The translations under genes were made by a program, and so were the position numbers. DNA of 64,000 bases from an uncultured Thermoplasmata archaeon (GTDB taxonomy: Archaea > Thermoplasmatota > Thermoplasmata > WALJ01): positions 4,422 through 68,421 of the forward strand of contig CAYYXK010000002.1 in the NCBI GenBank assembly GCA_964475625.1, read 5' to 3'. The notes under the pieces were generated by a model, which worked only from the letters and a program-made list of their open reading frames with translations, made no database searches and was not told the origin of the DNA. Of the stretch, positions 9,997 to 19,146 are shown piece after piece; position 1 is the first letter of the stretch, and each line of letters opens with the position of its first letter.

Positions 9997-11118
9997 ATGC
10001 GCATAATACAGGTGAGCCCCTATTTCTATCCACATATAGGCGGGGTCGAATCCCATGTTCTCGACCTTTCCCATTATCTCATGAAGCGCGGACATGAAGT
10101 GGAGGTCATAACATCCAATTATGCGAAACTGCCGGAATACGAGAAGGTCATGGGCATATCGGTCAGAAGGGTCAAGGCCCTGACGGTTAAGTTCTCCACT
10201 CCCGTAACACCCGCCATGAAAAAGGTCATATCCGGGGAAAAAGCGGACATAGTGCACAGTCACTCACCACCCCCTCTTCAACCGTATTATGCTGCAAAAG
10301 GCTCAAAAAAGGCGAGAATACCGCATGTTTTGACATACCACTGCGACCTCGAGATACCGATTCCGGGAGGAAGGCATCTGGTGAGCGCATACAGAAGGAC
10401 ATTCGGAAAAAAGACCATATCTATGTCAGATGAGATCATAGCCACGACACAGAGCTATGCCAGCACATCAAGGGATATCTGGCACAGAGACATTCGCGTA
10501 ATTCCCAATGCCGTGGATGAGAGGAGGTTCAATCCGAAAGTATCGGGTAAAAAGGTTAGGGAGGAGCTGGGGATAGAAGGGAACATGGTCCTGTATGTCG
10601 GAAGGCTTGTCTATCACAAAGGAGTGGAATACCTAATAGACTCCGCAAAGGAAGTTGAAGCCAAATATGTCATAGTCGGTACGGGACCGAAGGAGAAGGA
10701 GCTCAGAAAGCACGCGGTGAAGGCAGGCGTTTCCGAAAAGGTGATGTTCGCCGGAAAGGTTCCTTACGCGCGATTACCCGAATATTATGCCGCCACCGAT
10801 GTTTTCGTTCTTCCCTCCGTTTCACGATTGGAAGCATTTGGTATAGTGACCATGGAAGCAATGGCAACGGGAAAGCCGGTGATAGTTTCGGACATACCCG
10901 GAGTGAATGAGGTCATAGAGGACGGGGTGCATGGTTTCAATGCCGTACCGATGGATGGAAAGGACATAGCCAGAAAACTTAGAACTCTGCTTTCCGATGA
11001 AGATCTGAGAAAAGAGATGGGAATGAAAGGGAGAAAACTTGTTGAGGAAAGATATACCTGGGACCGCGTAGTGGAGATGGTTGAACAGGTTTACCGGGAT
11101 ATTTTGGAGAGGAGGTGA
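9997..11118 (+). CDS. GT4-family (group 1) glycosyltransferase
   Basis: C-terminal E-x7-E-like region EAFGIVTMEAMATGKPVIVSDIPG; 373 aa. Confidence 0.8.
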   Translation: MRIIQVSPYFYPHIGGVESHVLDLSHYLMKRGHEVEVITSNYAKLPEYEKVMGISVRRVKALTVKFSTPVTPAMKKVISGEKADIVHSHSPPPLQPYYAAKGSKKARIPHVLTYHCDLEIPIPGGRHLVSAYRRTFGKKTISMSDEIIATTQSYASTSRDIWHRDIRVIPNAVDERRFNPKVSGKKVREELGIEGNMVLYVGRLVYHKGVEYLIDSAKEVEAKYVIVGTGPKEKELRKHAVKAGVSEKVMFAGKVPYARLPEYYAATDVFVLPSVSRLEAFGIVTMEAMATGKPVIVSDIPGVNEVIEDGVHGFNAVPMDGKDIARKLRTLLSDEDLRKEMGMKGRKLVEERYTWDRVVEMVEQVYRDILERR

Positions 11119-11279
11119 GCCCTCTCCGTGACGGGATGTCGTGGGCTCATTCATCCGGTTCGTATGAAACTCTGCAGCCCATAAGGCGATACATTTCCTG
11201 CCATGAGCAGTCTTCCATTTCTTCGTACATGGTCATGACTAAAAGATACCCATATATGAAGCAGAACAGAGGACTTCAG

Positions 11280-11293
11280 TGAAAGTGAACGAA
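11280..11293. repeat. 14-bp direct repeat TGAAAGTGAACGAA, copy 1 of 2 (copy 2 at 11345-11358)
   Basis: Exact 14-mer found twice, 65 bp apart, in the convergent intergenic region between the GT4 gene and the HTH gene; contains an internal GTGAA-A-GTGAA tandem. Confidence 0.5.
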
Positions 11294-11344
11294 TCATATC
11301 CGATTCAAAGTGCTTTTTACGGCGTTTTCTCCCGTATAGAAGAA

Positions 11345-11358
11345 TGAAAGTGAACGAA
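11345..11358. repeat. 14-bp direct repeat TGAAAGTGAACGAA, copy 2
   Basis: Exact match to 11280-11293. Confidence 0.5.
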
Positions 11359-11365
11359 AATAGAA

Positions 11366-11722
11366 CTATCTCAGCAAATAGCAGAGAAGTCCGTATTCTT
11401 TGAGAGCGATCCTCGTGTTCATCGGATTTATGTATTCCGGTGTGACCTGAAATTTCATTATCTCTTCAAGAGGCACTTCGATATAGTCCGCAAGCCTTTC
11501 CAGCCTTTCCAGAGGGAATGCCTGCTTTCCCACAAGTATCTGCTGAACGCTCCAGCCGGGATGATTCCTCGACCTATATCCGAGGGCCCTTCCCAGACCA
11601 TTCAGGCTCCCGGCCCTTTCAATACCTTCCTTTATGATGCGCGCTCTCATCTCCGGGGCGATCCATATGCTTTTTGGCGTTTTATTGCCATGCCATGAAT
11701 ATGGGTTGCCATAGCCGGTCAT
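11366..11722 (-). CDS. Small helix-turn-helix (XRE/Cro-like) domain protein, putative transcription regulator
   Basis: LNGLGRALGYRSRNHPGWSVQQILVGKQAFPLERLERLADYIEVP resembles HTH_XRE; divergent from the giant protease gene. Confidence 0.4.
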   Translation of the reverse strand: MTGYGNPYSWHGNKTPKSIWIAPEMRARIIKEGIERAGSLNGLGRALGYRSRNHPGWSVQQILVGKQAFPLERLERLADYIEVPLEEIMKFQVTPEYINPMNTRIALKEYGLLCYLLR

Positions 11723-11842
11723 GATAATCTCTAAGTTCCGTACCGGGTTTCCGCTATAAAAAATTTCTGGTATATCTGCACCCTCGGCATCTAATAGAAA
11801 AATCTAAATATGAATCTTATGTTCTTCTTATGAGGTGTGGTT

Positions 11843-14800
11843 ATGAAAAAGGCGATTGCCATGGGCATAGTGGTTCTTCTTCTTGTGGGAGGCCTTGCCG
11901 GATTGACGAGCACATACAAAGTAAACACTTTGGACATCAATACACTGGATGTGGAAGGAGACACAGGAACTTTCGGAGAGATCTCAAGCGAGGAAAATAC
12001 GGTTCCGTCGGCGGTATCATGGGAGTCTCTGGTGGACCCGTCCCTTATCGATAGCATACATTCCGAACCGAAATCCCTTGCGGATGTAACCGTTCTGACA
12101 AAGCGTCCCGGACTTCTCAACGGGTACTATTCCCGGGAAATATACGAACCGATGGAAAAAGTGAAAAAAACGAGTGTTCCCGTACGGGACACAGTTTCCG
12201 ATGTAGCTGTTACCCGGAATATAAGGGTTCCATATGGCGATATATCCTCAATAGCACAGCTTCCCGGAGTGATTGGGATCTATCGGACCGAGAAGCCTGA
12301 ACCGGCCGTCATAAATGACCCGATATTAGAGAAGGAAAACAGCGGCATAAGGACCACGAATTTCCCGGAGGACCCCGTAAGTCCCGACAGCTACCCGACT
12401 GCTGTCGAACACAACGCAGACGCGGCATGGGCCAAAGGATATACCGGAGCCGGTGTCAACGTCGCCGTCGTGGACACGGGAGTGGATTTCGCCAATCCGG
12501 ACCTCATGGGTCAGTGGGCCGTGGACAACAATGCATCCTCGCCCTATTATGGCTGGCCCATAATGTGGGACCCGGTTTCAATGGATGTTATGATGGCGTA
12601 CTTTACAGCAGACAGCGACAGTAATCGCTACCCATACCCCATATTTGCCACATGGGGGGACGTTTCATGGTATTCCGACACGACATATGAGGTTCAGGCA
12701 GATTACAATAGCAGCACGGACCGATATACACTTGAATACAGCTGGTTCGGAGGTCTCGGCTATCCCAACAAGAGGGCAAACCCCAATGGTTACGGCGGAA
12801 CCGCGAACACAAGTCTCATAGACAGGACATATTATATCGGGGACTCCAGCAACCACATAGTCAGCCAGAGCGGAATATATCATATGGGAATCACGAAGGA
12901 TGATTATCTGACCACCATATATGGAACAAGGCTGGGAATACTGGTCGTTGACAGCACCACGGCAGGGGTTTATGATACGGTGTACGTGGATCTGGACAAC
13001 GACGGGGATTTCACCGATGAAAACCCTGTCAACAAAACGAACCCGCTAGCATATCAGGATGTCAACGGCGACGGCGTACCGGACATCTCCGGAGGACTTC
13101 TTTATTTCATATCGAATACCATGGGAACAGTTAATGGAGAGCATCTTACGATAACCAATGGGAGCGCATGGCTTGCCCATCAGGATATAGTCACTCAGGT
13201 GGGGCCATCTTACTCCCTTCAGCCGACCAATAAACTGTACATCGATGGAAACTATCTACCTTCGTACTCTGAAGAGATCGTACAATACATAACAGATTCT
13301 CCCATATCCGAGGGTTCGATTTTCTACCTCAATTCCACAAGCATAGGAAGAACGAACTACATGAATGTGGATTTTCAATACCTTGCCGCCATTAATTATC
13401 ATGCATCGGAAGGAAGATATTCTCTTTATTACATAAATAGTACTGATTATTATGAAATGACAGAATCCTCTACCGCCGGTTTCTTACACTACACTTTTGA
13501 CAGATACACCGGGAAGATACAGATACTTTTCGACACTGAACCGGGGTCGCAGATAGAGATACAATATCATATGGACACATACAGGATACATTACTCAAGA
13601 GGTAAGATTTCATTTCTGTCCTTACCTCCATCGGGAGCCAGTGTAACGGCGGATTATCAGTATGGTCTGCCCATACCATATTCAGATACATACACGGAAA
13701 GGATGGGTTATGACAACTTCATACCCGCATCAGGAGATGTGGTCTGTTTCTTCGGGGATTTCGACATAGACCAGGGATTCCCGCACGGGACATTCTGTGC
13801 GTCCAACATAGTCGGAACCATGAACAACATCGTTCAGGGAACGGCCCCCGGTGCCAAGATAATAGGAATAGGGGATTTCTACAATTACAACGGATATTAT
13901 CCGTGGTACTTTGCGGTAGAGGGCTATGACGGAGTTCCAGATACCGGCGACGAGGCACAGATAGTCAGCAACAGCTTCGGTAGTGGAACGGTCAATACCG
14001 GCTGGACATATTCCTCCAGACTGGTATATCAAATAACCCGTAGCTATGCCCCCAACACAACTTTCGTTGTCTCCGCAGGGAACGAAGGGTGGGGATATGG
14101 AACCGTAGGAAACCCCGGCGCGTCCCCCGGAGTCGTCACTGTCGGAGCAGGAATAAATATGGCATACAGATGGTTGTTCGGGTATGACGGCGGGGAGCCG
14201 AACGACTGGCAGAACTACTACTATCCCGACTCTTCGTGGTATGGCGATATCGCGGGCTTCTCTTCAAAGGGACCCACCGCACTGGGAACACCAGACCCCG
14301 ATGTTCTGGCTGCGGGTGAGTTCGGGATAGGCGGAGCGCCTGTAAACTATGCTACCACAAGCTGGGGATATGTCGACGGAACCCGGGCGTGGGACCTCTG
14401 GTCCGGTACAAGCCTCGCCGCACCCGTCACCGCAGGAGTTATGGCACTGGAATATCAGGCATACTATTCCGCACACGGGGCATGGCCCGGCAACAGAGAG
14501 GCACAGCACATACTCACGTCCAGTTGCGATGACCACGGATATGATGTGCTCCAGCAGGGTGCGGGATGGCTCAACGCATCAAGAGCTGTCGATATGGCAG
14601 CGGAAGCAACCGGTGTAAGTGCCGACAGGATGTACTGGACACCCGGCGGCTACGACGGAGAGAGCCACGACATGTTCATGAACATGGTCAGGCCGGGAGA
14701 GAATGATACGACAACCATGACACTCTCCAACCATGACACATCCTCCTCAACTACCGTGGTAGTTACGGATGAAACATATTCCAGAGAGTCCTATTATACG

Positions 14801-17509
14801 ATCGATTTTCCCGTATCGGGCATCAGGGATGCTGTTCTCAAACCCGACGGACTCTATGATTCGGACGGAGCCACACTCATCGACGGAAATCTGTGGACCT
14901 CCTCCGAATGGGACAATGCGGATTTCATGAAGATAACGGCGTATGTAGATACGGAAGCCCACCCGGATCAGAGCGATGCATATCCGTATATGAACCTCTA
15001 TGACTGGATTGACAGGGAGCACTACGGAGGAAACGAAACAGCGTTCTATGCAGAGATAATACATGTGAATAACGAATCCGTCATAACAGGACAGTATGGG
15101 GAGACATACGCATACATAGACAATCTTCCCGTGGTTCCCGGAGAACCGGTTCTCATCTATTCGGACGGAAGACTTCTTGACAACAGTACCGGTGGAAACT
15201 ACACCTTCGATGCCGCAACAGGAAAGATAACATTCCTGGATGATGCCGGCAACCTCCGCCCACTGAATTCGGGAGAGGTCATAACCGCCACATATACTTA
15301 TTATCTGGAAGTAAGATCGGGAGACACATATTATACCCATGATTCGGTGACAAGATATACGGTGTGGCTCACGGACAAAGATGGAAAGATCTATAACTGG
15401 ACCTCAAGACTGGGCAGCTATTATACATACAACACAGCTAGCGGAGAGTTCACTCTTCTTGTGGACCTTCTTCCTGGGGATAGGGTGAACATCGATTACT
15501 ACTGGGACAACGCAGGAGAATACGATGGACGCCTCGAAAGAATAAGGATGAACATGGACCTCCAGCCGGCAAACCTTGTCACCGCTTCCATATACAACCC
15601 CGTAGAGAGAGTGGATGACGGACTGGTACTGGATATGATGGATGTCAACTGGGCATATATAGGCGGCGATCTGAAGACCTACAATTTCACCATAATGGTG
15701 GAGTTCTATGATAAAACGGACTGGAATTGGATAACAGAAGCAAACGTCGTGAACATCTCCGCAGGAGGAACAGCCACAGTAAACATCACGGCAACGGTTC
15801 CAGCGGACGCGGGCGTGGGATCGTATCAGGGAGCTATAGTTCTGTACAGTTCCAGTGGAAAGACTGTCATCCCCGTACTGATAAATGTACCCGCCACGGA
15901 ATTCCCCGTGCATTTCGGAGGCAATACTCCGACAACCACACTTTACGAGAATGGAGCTATGCAGGGGATACACGGCGGCGAGTACACCGGAGGCGGCGAC
16001 TGGAGGTTCTTCTTCGTCGATGTGAGGAATCTCAGTGTATCTGACGGAATGAAGATCCTGACAGCGATATACTGGAGTGGAATGCAGGACGATACGGAAA
16101 TATATCTCATGGAAGCTCAGGAAGATACATATTTCCCACCTACCGGTGAATATGGCCCATTCGCCATGAGGGAAATCGCAAGGACAGAAGAGATTATAGG
16201 TTATACGAACACTAATTCGAACTTAAGTGAAATACTGGCAGCCAACACCTCTTCCGGACCCTTCGAGATAGCGCTCCGTAACTGGCGTGTTACCGGAAGC
16301 GTTCCATATACGGATTTCCACGGAGATATGGGAAGGATGATGGCAACTCCTTCGGACATAGTACTGCACACCGATGAATTGAAAGCCAATGCAACGGTGG
16401 GCCACCCATACCCCATAGATGTTTATTCCGATATCGAGCTTCCGGACGGAATATCCGCTCTAAGTACAATACAAAACACGACTCTGTTCTCCGCTCAACC
16501 GGTGGATCCATATCCTTATTCGGGCGGAGCCTTCGAGGCTTATCTGGCGGCTGCTCCCAACGAGGTGGTATATGACATGCCAAGCGGGATTATCCGCGCC
16601 ACATTCACCATGTATTTCTACAACGGAGCCCGGGATGTCGATATGGGAATATTCTATGATGCGAACGATGACGGGGTGGCGCAGGCAAATGAACTGGTGG
16701 TAGACACCTCGGAAACAGCGACAGCCGGAAACCCGGAGGTCGGAACGGTATTGAACCCCGAAGCGGGGAGATATATAATAAAGGCAGCAGGATATGATGT
16801 GGACACCGGAAGCCTCTACGACCTGACTGTGGACACATATTCCTATGGAGAAGATCCCTATTTTTCAATAGATGCACCTGATACCACCGTTCCAGCGGGA
16901 ACCAACACTACAGTTTACTTAAACTGGGATTTCGGAAATGATATCCCGGAGGATGCGGTGACATCGCTCATGTGCATATCACCGGGATTCGCACCGGATT
17001 CAATGGCCATTCCAATAGATATAGAATACACATATTACTACAATATATCGCTGCACACGGGATGGAACCTCATATCGATCCCATGGCTGTCGGGACCCAC
17101 GAACATAAGTTCCGCGCTCCCGGGTCTGTCATGGGACCGGGCCATGGTATACCTCAACGGCACATGGCACACATGCAATCTGAACAGGGACCAGAGATAC
17201 AATCTGGACTTTCCGGATGTGGATGCTGGAATGGGCATATGGGTGAACATAACCGCGGCATCCAACCTTAGGGGGCCGATAACAGGAATAATCGGGAGGA
17301 CCACGCATCTGAATGCCGGCTGGAATCTCGTGTCATACAACGGAAAACACGATATGAAAGTGAGCGAGGCCATGGGTGGGCTCCCATATACACATCTGGA
17401 AACCGCGGACCTACAGGCAAATCTGTATTCCCTGTCCGGTGAGGATTACATGATAGTCGGAAGAGCATACTGGATATATGTTGAACAGGACACATCATGG
17501 ACACTCTGA
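11843..17509 (+). CDS. Giant secreted subtilisin-like (S8) serine protease, 1,889 aa, with a large insert in the catalytic domain and about 1,000 aa of C-terminal beta-sandwich-like domains; very rich in N-x-S/T sequons
   Basis: Signal peptide MKKAIAMGIVVLLLVGGLAGL; catalytic triad motifs VAVVDTGVD (Asp), HGTFCASNIVG (His), GTSLAAPVTAGVMAL (Ser); SD GAGGTG 7 nt upstream of ATG 11843 (the ORF-track start is GTG 11837). Confidence 0.85.
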   Translation: MKKAIAMGIVVLLLVGGLAGLTSTYKVNTLDINTLDVEGDTGTFGEISSEENTVPSAVSWESLVDPSLIDSIHSEPKSLADVTVLTKRPGLLNGYYSREIYEPMEKVKKTSVPVRDTVSDVAVTRNIRVPYGDISSIAQLPGVIGIYRTEKPEPAVINDPILEKENSGIRTTNFPEDPVSPDSYPTAVEHNADAAWAKGYTGAGVNVAVVDTGVDFANPDLMGQWAVDNNASSPYYGWPIMWDPVSMDVMMAYFTADSDSNRYPYPIFATWGDVSWYSDTTYEVQADYNSSTDRYTLEYSWFGGLGYPNKRANPNGYGGTANTSLIDRTYYIGDSSNHIVSQSGIYHMGITKDDYLTTIYGTRLGILVVDSTTAGVYDTVYVDLDNDGDFTDENPVNKTNPLAYQDVNGDGVPDISGGLLYFISNTMGTVNGEHLTITNGSAWLAHQDIVTQVGPSYSLQPTNKLYIDGNYLPSYSEEIVQYITDSPISEGSIFYLNSTSIGRTNYMNVDFQYLAAINYHASEGRYSLYYINSTDYYEMTESSTAGFLHYTFDRYTGKIQILFDTEPGSQIEIQYHMDTYRIHYSRGKISFLSLPPSGASVTADYQYGLPIPYSDTYTERMGYDNFIPASGDVVCFFGDFDIDQGFPHGTFCASNIVGTMNNIVQGTAPGAKIIGIGDFYNYNGYYPWYFAVEGYDGVPDTGDEAQIVSNSFGSGTVNTGWTYSSRLVYQITRSYAPNTTFVVSAGNEGWGYGTVGNPGASPGVVTVGAGINMAYRWLFGYDGGEPNDWQNYYYPDSSWYGDIAGFSSKGPTALGTPDPDVLAAGEFGIGGAPVNYATTSWGYVDGTRAWDLWSGTSLAAPVTAGVMALEYQAYYSAHGAWPGNREAQHILTSSCDDHGYDVLQQGAGWLNASRAVDMAAEATGVSADRMYWTPGGYDGESHDMFMNMVRPGENDTTTMTLSNHDTSSSTTVVVTDETYSRESYYTIDFPVSGIRDAVLKPDGLYDSDGATLIDGNLWTSSEWDNADFMKITAYVDTEAHPDQSDAYPYMNLYDWIDREHYGGNETAFYAEIIHVNNESVITGQYGETYAYIDNLPVVPGEPVLIYSDGRLLDNSTGGNYTFDAATGKITFLDDAGNLRPLNSGEVITATYTYYLEVRSGDTYYTHDSVTRYTVWLTDKDGKIYNWTSRLGSYYTYNTASGEFTLLVDLLPGDRVNIDYYWDNAGEYDGRLERIRMNMDLQPANLVTASIYNPVERVDDGLVLDMMDVNWAYIGGDLKTYNFTIMVEFYDKTDWNWITEANVVNISAGGTATVNITATVPADAGVGSYQGAIVLYSSSGKTVIPVLINVPATEFPVHFGGNTPTTTLYENGAMQGIHGGEYTGGGDWRFFFVDVRNLSVSDGMKILTAIYWSGMQDDTEIYLMEAQEDTYFPPTGEYGPFAMREIARTEEIIGYTNTNSNLSEILAANTSSGPFEIALRNWRVTGSVPYTDFHGDMGRMMATPSDIVLHTDELKANATVGHPYPIDVYSDIELPDGISALSTIQNTTLFSAQPVDPYPYSGGAFEAYLAAAPNEVVYDMPSGIIRATFTMYFYNGARDVDMGIFYDANDDGVAQANELVVDTSETATAGNPEVGTVLNPEAGRYIIKAAGYDVDTGSLYDLTVDTYSYGEDPYFSIDAPDTTVPAGTNTTVYLNWDFGNDIPEDAVTSLMCISPGFAPDSMAIPIDIEYTYYYNISLHTGWNLISIPWLSGPTNISSALPGLSWDRAMVYLNGTWHTCNLNRDQRYNLDFPDVDAGMGIWVNITAASNLRGPITGIIGRTTHLNAGWNLVSYNGKHDMKVSEAMGGLPYTHLETADLQANLYSLSGEDYMIVGRAYWIYVEQDTSWTL

Positions 17510-17520
17510 CACGAAAACCC

Positions 17521-17540
17521 ATTTCTTTATTTTTCTTATT
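17521..17540 (+). terminator. T-rich tract (ATTTCTTTATTTTTCTTATT) 12 nt after the protease stop; candidate archaeal terminator
   Basis: Archaeal transcripts commonly terminate at oligo-T runs. Confidence 0.35.
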
Positions 17541-17817
17541 AAGACGGAAAAGGTTTCAGTTATACAGTGATGCTATGTTTTCCATCCTACCGTCGTCTTC
17601 AGTGAACTCCTCCTCACTCTCTTCCATCATAAGTCCGAGAAGCAGATTTACCATCTTTCTCAGCTCACTGACCTCCTCTCTGAGTCTCTTTATATCTGTT
17701 TCCACATTCTTTTGCTTTTCCATGATATCAGGCATACATTAGGTTCAGGGAAATAACCTTTTCTATCACATCCGTGTATTCGTCTTATGCCGAACTCCTC
17801 TTATACGATAAGTAAAT

Positions 17818-17825
17818 CTTATATA
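17818..17825 (+). promoter_or_regulatory. Candidate archaeal promoter (BRE AAA + TATA CTTATATA) for the thiolase gene
   Basis: AAATCTTATATAG lies about 39 bp upstream of ATG 17860; nearly identical to the AAAAGCTTATATGA element upstream of the 6070 gene. Confidence 0.4.
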
Positions 17826-17859
17826 GCGCTCTAAAATCACAGGGCCCAAGGATGATAAC

Positions 17860-19146
17860 ATGGAACCGGTCATAATAAACGGCGCAAGGACCGCCGTAGG
17901 AAAGTTCGGTGGAAGCTTGAAAGATGTCCCCCTCGTGGAACTCGGAAGAATCGCAATAAAGGAGGCTCTTATACGTTCGGGTCTCAGGCCTGCGATAACC
18001 GGGGAGATAAAGTCATTCAGGCCGGATGGATTGGGTGATTTCGAGAGAACGGAGATAAATGAGAGATATTACGATTATCCGGAAGAACTCGAACCCGTAT
18101 ATTTCGATGAGGTCATCATGGGAAATGTAATTCAGGCCGGGCTCGGCCAGAACCCTGCGAGGCAGGCATCCATATATGCGGGAATGCCGGAGGAGACCAA
18201 TGCATATACCGTGAACAAGGTCTGTGCATCCGGAATGAAGGCTATAGCACTGGCGGCACAGGCGGTAAAGGCAGGTGATGGCGATATGTTCGTAGCCGGC
18301 GGAATGGAGAATATGAGTTCCGCGCCCTATTTACTGCCAAAGGCCAGATGGGGGTACAGAATGGACATGTATGAAGGAAGCATCATAGATGCCATGGTCC
18401 ACGACGGACTGTGGGAGGTATTCAACGGATATCATATGGGAATGACCGCCGAGAACATTGCCGAAAAGTATGGGATAACAAGGGAAGAGCAGGACGAACT
18501 CGGAGTACTGAGCCACAAAAGGGCGATGGAAGCCATAAGTAAGGGAAAGATGGCGAAGGAGATCGTGCCTGTAAAGATTCCTCAGAGAAAGGGAGACCCG
18601 ATAGTATTCGATAAGGATGAGAGACCCATGGAAACCGATATGGAGAAGATGGCGAGACTGAGGCCTGCGTTCAAGAAGGACGGAACGGTCACTGCCGGAA
18701 ACGCATCCGGGATTAACGATGCGGCCGCCGCAGTCGTGATAGCATCCTCCGAAAAGGCGGAGGAACTCGGGAAGGAACCTCTTGCGAGGATAAAAGGATA
18801 TGCAAGTGGGGGAGTTGACCCTGCATATATGGGGCTCGGCCCCATTCCGGCGACACGTAAGCTGTTGAAGAAGCTCAATATGACGATGGATGACATGGAA
18901 CTCGTGGAGTTGAACGAGGCCTTTGCGGTTCAGGCCATAGCCTGCATGAAAGAACTCAAATTGGACATGGACAAAACAAATCTTCTGGGAAGCGGGATAT
19001 CCATAGGCCATCCGATAGGTGCCACGGGAGCGCGAATAGTTTACAGCCTTGCCATGCAGCTGAAGGAAAAAGGTCTGAGCAGAGGACTTGCAACACTCTG
19101 CATAGGGGGCGGACAGGGAATGGCCATGGTTATCGAAAGAGATTAA
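17860..19146 (+). CDS. Acetyl-CoA C-acetyltransferase (thiolase II) with an unusual 37-aa N-proximal insertion
   Basis: NKVCASGMKAI (active Cys), GNASGINDAAAA, CIGGGQGMAMV; insert AITGEIKSFRPDGLGDFERTEINERYYDYPEELEPVY lies between the conserved RSGL and EVIMGNV blocks. Confidence 0.85.
   Translation: MEPVIINGARTAVGKFGGSLKDVPLVELGRIAIKEALIRSGLRPAITGEIKSFRPDGLGDFERTEINERYYDYPEELEPVYFDEVIMGNVIQAGLGQNPARQASIYAGMPEETNAYTVNKVCASGMKAIALAAQAVKAGDGDMFVAGGMENMSSAPYLLPKARWGYRMDMYEGSIIDAMVHDGLWEVFNGYHMGMTAENIAEKYGITREEQDELGVLSHKRAMEAISKGKMAKEIVPVKIPQRKGDPIVFDKDERPMETDMEKMARLRPAFKKDGTVTAGNASGINDAAAAVVIASSEKAEELGKEPLARIKGYASGGVDPAYMGLGPIPATRKLLKKLNMTMDDMELVELNEAFAVQAIACMKELKLDMDKTNLLGSGISIGHPIGATGARIVYSLAMQLKEKGLSRGLATLCIGGGQGMAMVIERD

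Noticed and set aside
11119-11365. Possible tRNA or other structured RNA in the 247-bp gap
   Set aside because: No cloverleaf-compatible segments or a conserved T-loop sequence (GTTCGAATC-like) were found by eye; only the 14-bp direct repeats stand out
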